A DNA stretch of 39,144 nt from Jimgerdemannia flammicorona. Its lineage: Eukaryota. The position numbers were made by a program, and so were the translations under genes. The DNA is taken from the NCBI GenBank assembly GCA_003990765.1, contig RBNJ01000150.1, positions 1-39,144 on the forward strand, given 5' to 3'. Shown piece after piece: positions 1 through 11,261 of the stretch; the stretch's first letter is position 1; each line of letters starts with the position of its first letter. Below the pieces are notes generated by a model. It ran no database searches. It saw nothing but the letters and a program-made list of their open reading frames with translations, and was not told the origin of the DNA.

Positions 1-34
<34 letters not shown>

Positions 35-329
35 TTTATATACAAATAAAAATTATAATATAGTAATAAAATTATTTGATTTCTGTCTGTTTAATTAAAA
101 AGATATATTTCACTATATAGTATATATATACATATATCTTAGATAATCTATAATTTATATGACTAAACAATCTATTTCTGTTCTATAAAGTATGACTTAT
201 ATCAAGATAACCTATGGCAGGATACTGTTTAGATCAAGATAATCTAAGTTGAGATAGTCCATAGATAGTGCTCTACAAATCTGACTTAATGAATCTGAAA
301 CTCAATTCAGAAACATCTAACCTGATATA

Positions 330-520
330 ATACATAATCTATCTTTAATCTGATATAAGAAAAAATGTGACCCATCTTTAATCTGATCTGAAAAAAATTA
401 TAATCTATCTTTAACCTGACCTGAGAAAAAATGTAACCTATCTCTAACCTGATCTGAGAAAAAAATATAACCTATCTTTAATCTGATCTGAGAAAAAAAT
501 ATAAATTATCTTTAATTTAA
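330..520 (+). repeat. Degenerate ~32-bp tandem repeat (TGACCCATCTTTAACCTGACCTGAGAAAAAATG-like); probable subterminal repeat
   Basis: About six copies; the reverse complement recurs at about 6475-6710. Confidence 0.7.
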
Positions 521-779
521 TCTATTATTTACCCTAAACCTGACTCTGAACCTGCTCTCTGAACTCAACCCTAAACTCAATCTCTTAACTCAACTCTGAA
601 CCTAATTCTGAACTTGACTCTGAACTCTACTCTGAAAAAATAATTGAGATAATATTTGTATAATATTCAGAAAATATTTAGAGCAATTAGAAGTAAAAAA
701 ATCTAAAGACTACTAAGATTCTAAATATATATATATATAAATTATATTTATATATAAGCTGTTTCAATGTTCAGTTATC

Positions 780-2700
780 AACTTATTAGTAATAGAAAAA
801 ATATAATAGTAAGATAATCATAAGCTATTTGTAATAGATTAGAATATAATAACTAATTTTACTATAATTAATCTAATATATCTGTGTGAGGATTAGCTGA
901 ATTTTCTGACAAATAACTAAAATAGAGAAATATATAAGTAAAAATCAATCAAGTCAATAAAACATAACAATAATAATAATAATATATACTATTTAAGCTC
1001 ATTATCTATATTAATATATTATTTCTTCTTATAGATTGAATTGATGAAATTATCTCTATTATAAGATATTAGAGATATATTAGTAGTATTGATAAATTTA
1101 TACTCTATTTCCCAGATATGTTCTATCTGATTCTTTTACTTATTAATTAAGAATTTTGTCTATTTTTCACAATATATTAATATATAGATTTAAGGCTGAG
1201 ATTATACTATATAATAGTGTATGTAATACTTAAGAGATTTCATATTTGCATTCTTAGTAACAATAACTATTATCTATAAATTTTTTTTTTTTTTTTTTTT
1301 TTTTTTGAAATATATACAAATTACTTTCTAAATTAGTTTTTAAATTCACAAATAAAATGCTTTCAAAATTCACTAGTTTGATATTTATCAATAACATCTT
1401 TAAGATAGTTATAAAGCCAATTAAATAGTGATTGATAGCTACTAGAGTAAAATATATTGAAGCTGATATTATAGTTTCACCTAGGCTAAAGGCTTGAGAA
1501 ATTAGTAAATTAATTCAAATTGTTGCTATATATTTTCAGATATATTACTTAGTTACTTATTTATAGTATATAATATATTCAAACTCTGTTTAGATATATA
1601 TAATATCAATTTATTAATACTAAATTATATTTTAAATTATATACAAATAGAGCTGAAATCTTATCTTATAAATCTTTAGAGTATATATATACTAACATTT
1701 TATGTTTAGAACTCTATCTTACTATAATATCTAAGAGAGACCTCAGAGTGCGAACTTTAGATGATTTACAAACTTAGACCAGTTCTGCTTATTATTATGC
1801 TAAATTTTTAATCTTCATAGATTCTAATTAGCTCATTAATAGAACTAAGAGTATTTTAAATAATGAGATTCAACATATATCTGAAACAATATATATAAGT
1901 AAATAAATAGTAGAGATTCTCAAATAGAGTATTATTGTTACTAATATTATTATATATAATAGAAATAATTTAATTATTACTAGGTAATAAATCATATATT
2001 GCTAGTTCTAGACTCTTTGCAAGATTGATACCTATGTATATCATTTTGCTGATATTTATCAAGTCTATAATAATATCATATATTCTCCAATCACTATCAA
2101 TTCAATATGCTGTTATTTTAAAAAATATCTTAGTATTAATATCTGATATCTAACAATTAAGTATAAGTAATATCTTCAACTTGAGCCCAGCTGGCCTTAC
2201 TTTTACTTGAGTCTTTAATAGTTTGAATTTCTTTTAAATAACTTACATAATTATATCAGCCAACAGAAGAATCAGATAAGAGTATAATATATAAAGAAGA
2301 TACTTGATATCAGAGTTTTTGATTATAAAGAATGACTAATACTCAGTAAAATTGAAGTTGGTAATTAATTAATGAAAGTTTTTATCACTTAAGATCTTGT
2401 TAATGTATTTCTATTTGTAATAATAAAATTTGATAAAATGATAATTTTTTATTTTCCTAATAATCTTTTAAGTACTTTCTGAATTACATTCTATCTATAT
2501 TTACAATATCTTCTTTCTTAGACTAGTTAAGATTCTTAGCTTACTAGAGAGATAAAAGCATAATATTATAATACTTTCAGAGATATTGTTTTAGATTATT
2601 AATATTACTATTCTTTAATTTATAGCTTTAAGTTATATAGTAATTATAACTAATAAGCTTACTTTGTAAATTCTATTAGAATAAAGAGATATGAAACAAT
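780..2700 (-). mobile_element. Heavily mutated hAT-family transposase relic
   Basis: Minus-strand remnants in the expected order: LILNC*ISD...ITAY*IDSDW (about 2165-2085; compare LTxDxWTS...TAHWIDxxW), IISIIYNNISNNNT (about 1970-1930; compare TxDNASNN), YIYCFRYMLNLII (about 1898-1860; compare HIRCxxHxLNL), FLKPL (about 1495). Deviations are mainly G-to-A or C-to-T. Confidence 0.7.
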
Positions 2701-3019
2701 TACAATCTCAATTATATTTATTATACATAATCATACTTATGACCAACTATACTTATAACCAACTACTCTTATGACTGACCACTCTTATGACTATAATTAT
2801 TAGTATAATTATATAACTATCTTTATAGTATAATTCTATACCTAGCTACATATTACCAGATTTTGGTTTTGTTTTTTTTTCTCATACTTGTTAATAATAA
2901 TAGACTGATAGAGATATTCAATATATTTTCTGATATATTATGTCATAGTTCTTTTGAAATTTCTGCTAAATCTAGTTTTTAATCTTTAGATATTTCAAAA
3001 AAAACATTTAATAATAATA

Positions 3020-5030
3020 GGGATAGAGAGCTTGAGCAGAGGGCCCAGAGCTGGAAAGTAGTAAGCTGGAGAGTAATAAGCTGGAGAGCAGCAAGCTGGA
3101 GAGTAGCAAACTAGGAAGTAGTAAGCTGGGGGGCAGAGAATGAGCTGGGAGATAGAGAGAGAGCTAGAGGACTAGGAGTTGAAAGTGGTAAACAGTGGGG
3201 AAAATACTGGAGAGCCAGAATCTATCAGACCTGGAACAAGAGTTGATAAGCTGTGTGACAGCAAGATGGAGAGCAGTGAGTTGAAGAGCATACATATAAG
3301 CTTGAGGGTAGTATATGATGTGATAGCTAAAGATCAATTGATAGTAGTAAGTATAAGCCTCAATTTGAGTGAAATTTGTAGTGATATTTGAGTGAGGTTT
3401 ACAGTATTTGCAAGCAATATTTGAGTATGATTTGCAAGTAGAATTAAGACAAGATTTGTAAACATAAGCCAGACTTTATAAGTCTTATACTTACAAGTCT
3501 AATAAGCTGATATAATATATAAGCTGATATGATATATAAGCTGATATTATATATTAGCTAATATGATATATTAGTATAAATATAAGTCAGGCTTACAAGT
3601 CTGTTATATAGATATATACTTATAAGTCTGGCTTATAAGTCTGGTTTGCAAGCCTGGTATATAGTTATATACTTATAAGTCTGATATAATAGTTCTACTA
3701 TTAATTAATTAAATAAAGAAGATAGGTTATATATACTTTATAGAAGGAAAATACAGATTCTATATAGTTGTATTTGCTTTAGATTTTACTAAGAGAAGTA
3801 TCATAGAGTTACCAGAAAGACTTGAAAAAGAATCTATTATATAGGATTTTCTATCTCTGGTGAATATGTATACTAATTTCAGATTTTAAGACTAATCTTT
3901 ATTATACTGAAGGAGTCTATATTTCTACAAATACTCAGAAATTTAAGTCCTTCAGACTCACATATTCTTTATATACTTATTGGCCTTCTTCTAGTATATT
4001 TTACCTGGCTTATAGATATACACTATAGCTTGTAAGTCTACAAGTCTATAAGTCTGACTTTATATCACTTATATATAATATTAACTTATATACTATTATT
4101 AGCTGAGTAGAGCTTTTATGTAATCTGAACTTATACTTATGCTTACATATACTTATACTTGCAATCCTTCTTTACTACATTCTACTCCTTACATTCTACC
4201 CTCATATAATCTCTATTATATTCCTTCACATATTTTCTCATTCTCATTTCTCAGATTGCAAAAAATATATAATTTATTAGAGATATTGAAAGGAGTTCTG
4301 AAAGAGATTTTATAAAGAGATTTTGAAGAAATTCTGAAAGAGCATCTGAAAGAGCTTCTAAAAGATATTATTATAGTAGTTTTTAAATATTTAATATATT
4401 GAAAGCTTTACTAATATTTATTTTCAACTATCATTCTTATTTAATCTCTCATTCTTGTCTCTCATTCTTTACTTCATTCATCCTTTACTTCACTATGAGA
4501 ATATATAGATATAGCTGTCTGGCTAATAAGTATTTGTAAGGCCTCTCAACTTCCTGACCTCCAGCTCAATACTTTTCAGCTCACTATTCCAAAACTTGCC
4601 ACCTCTCTGTTTCAGACCTCACAGATTCTGACTCTCTAGTTTCTGCTCACTAGCTCACTACTCTCCAGCTCACTGCTTCTCAGTTCATTATTTTCTAGTT
4701 TGCTACTTCTCAGTTTATTACTTTTCAACTTACTGATCCATAGCTTACTGATCTATAGATTGCTACTTTCTTACTTACTGACCTGCAGCTTACTAACCTA
4801 CAGCTCACTAACCTACAGCTCACCAATTTACAGCTCACTACTTTCCAGCTTACTGATCTATAGCTCACTAATCTTCAGCTTACTGACCCATAGCTCACTG
4901 CTCTACAGCTTACTAATCTACAGCTTACTGATCTGCAGCTTATTACTCTGCAGCTCACTACTTTACAGCCTGCTGCTCCTCCTGATCCCAAGTCTCTCCC
5001 TCTCTCCAGATTCCAGTAATCCAGCTCAAA
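3020..5030. mobile_element. Probable non-autonomous element with inverted arms built from a 15-bp minisatellite
   Basis: AGCTGGAGAGTAGTA-like units at 3049-3130 and their reverse complement CAGCTCACTAACCTA-like units (about 20 copies) at 4650-4970. A unique segment at about 3205-3255 is also mirrored at about 4590-4645. Confidence 0.55.
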
Positions 5031-5559
5031 AGGGTTAGATTTTTTTTTTCTAATAATATTTGAAATATATATATCCTTCAGCTTTTTAGAAATCTGAGCT
5101 ATTGTATAAATTCTGTAACAACTGCTCTTTTTATAATTAAGTTTACTCAAGTAACTAAAAGTATTATCAACCCACTTATCTAGATATCTCAAAACTTATA
5201 AAGAAAAGATCTTATAAATCAGATATTAGGCATACTATCTCAGTGACTACTAAATATATGAAAAATATATATAATAACAAACTGAGATAAAAAATTATAA
5301 AAGCAATAGACAACTATATAACAACTGTGAAATGTTCATTATATCACATCAACTTCATTGTAAATAATAAAGTATGGAATAAGCAAGGTTGTTCAGATAA
5401 AATTAGTATTATAGATAAATACTATTAACTATAGACTATATATAAATAAGTATTAGTGAGTAATAGTAATAGTATAATTTATATATGACTGATAGATAGT
5501 AGGCTCATGCATTTGGTTAATATTGAGAAAGAGAGAGATAATAGAGAAGGTACTAATAG

Positions 5560-5914
5560 TAGTGCTCCCAATGAATCGAATCGAATCAAAGGTCCAATTC
5601 GATTTGAAGTTTGATTTGAACCTTAATTTTCAAAATGTAATAACTCAACGAAAACTCATCCACATTTAACATATTTTAGCTTGTTAGATTCACCGTATTA
5701 ATGTGATTCTAACAAGCTAAGGTACATTAGATTTGGATGGGTTTACGCTGAGTTATCGCATTTTGAAAATTAGGGTTCGAATCAGACCCTCAATTTGATT
5801 CGACTTTTGATTCAATTCAAATTGATTCGAATTGAAAAATCCCCAATTCGATTTGACTTGTTTAACCCTCAATTCGATTCGATTCGAATTGATTCGACTC
5901 ATTTGGGAGCACTA
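5560..5914. mobile_element. Young hAT-type MITE / foldback element (355 bp)
   Basis: Terminal inverted repeats TAGTGCTCCCAATGAATCGAATC ... GATTCGACTCATTTGGGAGCACTA; perfect 8-bp target-site duplication ACTAATAG (5552-5559 and 5915-5922); internal hairpin centred near 5697; CpGs retained. Confidence 0.92.
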
Positions 5915-5979
5915 ACTAATAGAGAGGTGGATAGGGAGGTTGATAAGAGGGGATATCAGTGGGAGAGGGGGGGAGAGTA

Positions 5980-6260
5980 GAGAGGGTAATGCAGAGAAAG
6001 ATAGAGAGACTGGTATAAAGGAAGATAAAGAGATTGATATGGAAGATAGAGAGGTTGTAGAGAAAGATAAGAAGATTAATATAGAGAAAGATAGGGAGGT
6101 TGGTATGTAAGATGGGAAAATTATAGAGAAAGGTGAGAAGACTGATATAGAGAAAGATAAGGAGACCAGTATAGAGGAAGATATGGAGATTGATATAGAA
6201 AATGGAGAGGTTACAGAAGAAGATAAGAAGACTGGCATAGAGAAAGATAAAGAGATTAGT
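5980..6260 (+). repeat. Purine-rich ~24-bp tandem repeat (TATAGAGAAAGATAAGGAGACTGG-like)
   Basis: Visible periodicity; gives the 8-aa periodic pseudo-ORF 5912-6238. Confidence 0.7.
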
Positions 6261-6474
6261 TCAGAATATGAGAAGGAGGAGGATCAGTTGATTTATAGCA
6301 ATGAAAAGAGAGATTACAGGGTAAATTCTTCATTTTTGATCTAATTTACTTTTTATTTATTTCTAATTTCAATTTCCTAACTATGTTTCTGTTTGTTTAT
6401 TCCAAATATCTTAAATGTACAATACTTTGGATATCTTGTAGCTTTTTTTTAGTTTAATAAAGAGTTGTGTATCA

Positions 6475-6710
6475 GATTTGGTTAAAGATAGATTATAGGT
6501 CAGGTTAAAGATGGATCACATTTTTTTTCAGATTGGATCAAAGATGGGTCATGTTTTATCTCAGATTAGGTTAATAATGGGTCATGTTATTTCTTGGGTT
6601 AGGTTAAAGATGGCTCACATTTTTTTTGGGTTGAGTTAAAGATGGCTCATTTTTTTTCTCAGATCAGGATAATGATGGGTGATATATAATTCTGGGTTGG
6701 GTTAAAGGTG
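6475..6710 (-). repeat. Inverted counterpart of the 330-520 repeat array
   Basis: Repeated GGTTAAAGATGGxTCAxATTTTTTT units, the reverse complement of those at 330-520. Confidence 0.7.
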
Positions 6711-7067
6711 TACATGAGTTGGCTTTATGTGGCTGTGATTGTACAGCTTGCACCATTTGCAAGGTGAAATTTGCTAAGCCTGGCTTTGTTTGGCCATCAC
6801 CCATCTAATAGTGAATAGAGCTCTGCTGACATTGTCAAATCTGATTTTTTAGGCTCTAGCCCTTGTTTTTTTTTTTTTTTTTATAGTTTAAATTATCTCA
6901 CTAAAGAATGGTATCACTGTAAGTGTTCTGAGGGCATGGAGATGAATGGGAATATGAAAAAAAAAAATAGAGCATATCATTGTATTGCATGTTTCAGCCT
7001 GTTGCTGGAATCTTCACTAACCTATTATATATAGTTATGAGTATAGTTAAAACTGCTAATATATTTA

Positions 7068-8269
7068 TTTTATTTTATTTTATTTTATTTTTTTTTAATG
7101 GACTCATGTCTCGTGGATTTTTATTAGAAGGGAACCTAGACTATATAGGCCAAAACCCTCCCCCACCACCCACCAAGCACTGCCCTCTCATTAACCTAGG
7201 CTAGCTATTGTCCAGCAGCTTGACCATACTAGATACAGTAGGGCTGATATTGGCCTGTATCTCATTCTACATACCATGCTCTCTCTACTACTAGGGGAAA
7301 TCCAACTATATGCCAATGACTGAAAGTGTATACCTGAGAACCCAATATATATACAAGACCACACCCGAGTCAAATAGAATAGCCCCTGCCACTCTAAAGA
7401 GAATGACAGATAAAGAAAAAACCCTTCTCAAAGCACAACATAGTGGGTAGGGCCAGGTTCTCCCAGTCAAGGTGAGTAAAGAACTTACATGTGAGGTGGG
7501 AGGAGACTCCCAATATCCCACTACTCAAGCCTGTGGACCTTGATCACATTGCTGTGTCAGCTCTCAGTTCTAGTTGAGTGCAGCCAAGATACCTGAAATG
7601 GATAGCCTCAGGCCCCCCAACCCCCTCTGACAACTGGGGCCTAACCTACCTGACTACCAAAAGAAGCTGAGAGTGACACCTACTACCTAACTACACTATA
7701 CCAATCAAAAGGCCCCACTGAAGCAGCACCTGTCCCAGCCCCAACAGCTGCCCCCAGTCTGGCACCCTACTGGTCTACCATAATCACCCTTCCTCCTATC
7801 TGTGATGGCCATCTCCCCTCCCATCCCAACAACACCTGAAAAGCAGTCACCTACACCAGAACCACACTTGCCAGGAAGCTCACCAAAGCCAGAGGGCACC
7901 ACCACAGATACCAAGGACCTGCAGGTAACCTACACTGGGCACTTGATACCCAAGGTTGGCCGACTCCCTACATAGCCTGAGATACACCAAGACAGCACCT
8001 TGTTGGTGACAGCAAAAGGAAGAAGGTGCTACACCAAAACAGATGCACTCCAGATGCAGCCAAAGGCACCAGCAACTGCGAAAAAGTGGAGAAGACACTG
8101 ATCAGACACTGATAAAAGGGCAACTCATCACCATTGCCTTCCTCCCACCATGCCCATGCAGGCACAGCAAACCAACCCAAGGTAGAGGGGGTAATAATAG
8201 GGGAAAGGGGACTCAGAAGGTCGCCTACCAAACCTTGTGACTGGTAAGGTAGTGGAGAAAGGGGCGTTG
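7068..8269 (-). mobile_element. Possible 5'-truncated non-LTR retro-insert
   Basis: (TTTTA)n/poly-T tract at about 7064-7097 as a minus-strand tail; candidate duplication CTGCTAATATATTTA (7053-7067) vs CTGCTATCATATTTA (8270-8284), 13 of 15 identical; C-rich, CpG-poor body. No protein motif recognised. Confidence 0.4.
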
Positions 8270-8329
8270 CTGCTATCATATTTAGACAGAACAATCCTGC
8301 AGAACGATCATGCGCAGAACCATTATGCA

Positions 8330-8565
8330 GTTTCAATCGGTTTCCAGTTAGCTCAACCATTTTTCAGTTAGCTCAATTATTTTCCCTGTGCCAACGCCAA
8401 CTCAGTTAGCTCCGTTTCAATCGGTTTCCAGTTAGCTCAATCGTCTTCCCCTGCGCTCACGTCAACTCAGTTAGCTCTGTTTCTCAGAATCATGCCAAAG
8501 CAGCATCACCCTACACTCTATGTTAGCAATTAATCGCACTCTACGTTAGTCGCACTCTACGTTAA
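8330..8565 (+). repeat. Short dispersed direct repeats
   Basis: CAGTTAGCTC at 8345, 8365, 8403, 8429 and 8468 within a ~65-85 bp duplication; CACTCTA(C/T)GTTA three times at about 8514-8565. Confidence 0.7.
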
Positions 8566-9339
8566 GCAATCGGTCGCAAGTTCACATCTATAATCTGATT
8601 ACGTACCCTCCCACCCATCACTTATTAGTCAGTGTAATAAACAGGGGATCCTTCGCATATGAACGCGGGCTTTGGGAGCGTATGCTTCCTTAGAAGCCAA
8701 ACTCAACTTGCTGACATTCAGATGTGCTTTACATTCATATTTATTCATTACCACATCAGCCTCAATTAGTCTATGCCAATCGGAAACTATACTTTACGTG
8801 ATAGGTGACTAGCAAAAGAAAAATTTTATGGCTCTAGACTCGAGATTTCAGGCTAGACCTCCCGAATTTTGAGTAGGCTGGCCGGAACCCAAGGCCGTAA
8901 CGCAAAGGAGAACGGGGAGGCCAATGGAGAGGGGTGGGGACTCGGGTGGTCGAGCACGTTTGGCAGGAATATAGACATGGTGATTAGGCACTGTCAGACT
9001 CTTTCGGACTCTTTCAGTATTGTCAGAATCGATTTTACACCTGGGTGGATCAAACTTGGATGGGCCTCTCTCGTGCCTCAAAATCGACGCGTCCCAAATC
9101 AAGGCCTCGTGGAACGTTAATCTAGAACAGTGCGAATCTGAAATCTGGAATAAGCAGCGCACATTCAAGCAGGTAAATTTGCAAGGATCGTATATCTAAG
9201 GAATTCACGTACGATAGGTCCCTTTTCAGACGTATTTCATAGTAAAATCCTTAGCAAATACGTCACCATAGATCCCTTTTATTATTTTATTATCCATCAA
9301 TTTCGTGTGGGGACCGTCACTCCATCCACGCGCTTTTCC

Positions 9340-10830
9340 ATTACCCCTCGTCGACTACATCCTCCAGTCTACCCCCCTACGCTTACCTGGCCTCCATTAT
9401 TGTCTCCACCGCCGTCGTGGGTATACTCGCTTTGGTCGTCAACGTTCTGCCACACGTGTCCCTTTCCTTCTGGAGAGAAAACACAGCTACATCACCGGCG
9501 GGAGCACGGGGCTGGGGAGACTCGCCATCGAACCGGCGAAGCGCGGAACACTTGTCGCGAGGAGGAAGACCGAGTTGAAGGCGGCAGCGGCGGATATTAA
9601 GGTATGTGTTTTTGTGCCTTTTCACGTGGAAGAGTTTCATCCGTTACGATGAAACGACAATTTTGTTGAAACTCTTGGTATCTAGTGTAGGCCACGCGCA
9701 AACCAAACAAACAACAGGTCTTGCCATCGCCTATGTCACCTCTAAGGTGGACACCGTCCATGCCATAGAGGCCGCCAAGGCTGTGGGCAAGAACCCCGAG
9801 TACATTTTCACCTGTGCCGGTAACACCGCCCAAACTTCAGTGTACCCTTTATTTTGTGTTCACTCATTCCTTCCTCGCGCGCCCCCTTTCCCAACAAGAA
9901 CCCACCCTCCAAGGCAAAATTGTCTTCGTGTCCTCCGTACTAGGCCTCACGAACTTCATCGGGTACAGTGATTATGCGCATGATCCGTGGTAGCTCTTTG
10001 TGGTGCCCGAGAGGGTTTGGTTGTAAAGGCAGCGATTTCAAGCGCGGAGGTCCCCACACCGCGGTATACACGTGCACTCGCTCTCGTTGTCGTTATTCCG
10101 TCTCACTTCACAACAAATTCTCCCCACTACCCTAGGTCTGGCCGATGGCCTCCGCAACAAGCTCCTTCACGGCATCAACGTCCACGCCTACTTCCCCGGC
10201 GGCATTCTCTCCCTCGGTTGGGAGACCAAGGTGACCTTCCCAACCTCACTTGTTGATTTCCTCTCATAAATATGTGACCTAGTCTTCGTTCTTAAATTGT
10301 ATCTCCGCGTCTATTGCCCCTAGAACAAGGCGAAGCCCAAGGTCACGGCAGAGATCGGTGTGCCGACACGCCGCAGGCGGCCGAGGAATGCGCTAGGACG
10401 TTGATCGAAGGTGGGTACGGGAGAGGTTGGAAGCATTCGCCGTGTGGGGTTGGACTTGGGATGCCGTGTCTGATGCTTGCCTATTTTTGAGCATGTCCGG
10501 TTTATAATTGCAGGTCTCCAGAACTGATATTATTTCGTCGGGATTGACTTGCTCGTAGAACTCTTGCGGTCGGCCACGCATAATATGTTTATGGAGAAGA
10601 ATGGGTTCGGTATGTCGGTTGAGCTGACATGAGCGCATAAATGGCATCGGCATTCTTCGCAAGATTTTCTCCTCGTCTGTTCCCAGGCATAAGCCCCAGC
10701 AACAACTGGGCTCTAGATTTGGTGCTCGCCGGCGTTTCTTGGGTGAGATTTCTTTGTCCTTTTACCATTTTTTCGGCCCTTCCTCCCGTTAGGAGCACAA
10801 GAAGATAATAGCAGTGGGTCATATCGTATC
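9340..10830 (+). pseudogene. TSC10: Decayed 3-ketodihydrosphingosine reductase (SDR family, TSC10/KDSR-like)
   Basis: Fragments: hydrophobic anchor ASIIVSTAVVGILALVVNV; KHSYITGGSTGLG..LAIEPAKRG..LVARR ending at donor GTATGT (9602); PEYIFTCAG; LGLADGLRNKLLHGINVHAYFPGGILS; NKAKPKVTAEI..ADTPQAAEECARTLIEG; GISPSNNWALDLVL. Fragments lie in different frames with small deletions, no clear ATG and no recognisable YxxxK motif. Boundaries approximate. Confidence 0.75.
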
Positions 10831-11261
10831 TCGAGGGATCATTGTTTATGTTTGCGTGAAAAAATATTTTGGATGGCGGTCGCGCCGTGAAATTCGGCCT
10901 GTTCGTGTTCGGATACGATGGAGAGAAGGCTAGGGGTTGAACGATTATCTTAAGGCCCGATAAATGTCGTGCTGATAAGGGTGGGCGGAAATGATCATAA
11001 GGGATCCAAAAACTGGTACGACCATGGCGGTGGCATGTTGGTGTGTCGATATATGTTAGGAGGTACAGGAAATGGTGAAGGGATTAAATTGAATAGCGGT
11101 TCTCTTTGTCTTACCATGTGGAGGTGGATAATAAACCCGAGATCCCGCGGCTCGTATCACAAACCGGGTTTGACCCGAAAAGGACAGATCCGGCGAATCG
11201 GAAAACAAACGTTCACCCACACCACCAACACCCACACCTACACACACACACACTCACAAAT

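Noticed and set aside
1..31. Terminal poly-A (and terminal poly-T at 39132-39144) as telomere or functional element
   Set aside because: Simple homopolymers, most likely assembly breakpoints or retro-element tails.
4700..5038. Leu/Ser-rich 112-aa ORF
   Set aside because: Translation of a 15-bp minisatellite.
5912..6238. Ser/Ile-rich 108-aa ORF
   Set aside because: Translation of a ~24-bp purine-rich repeat.
7380..7430. HSL*SG on the minus strand as a tyrosine-recombinase (DIRS) motif
   Set aside because: No other recombinase motifs could be found; too weak to call.
11106..11261. N-terminal extension of the 821-aa ORF
   Set aside because: Starts at TTG and crosses a CA-repeat tract; the first in-frame ATG with good context is 11262.
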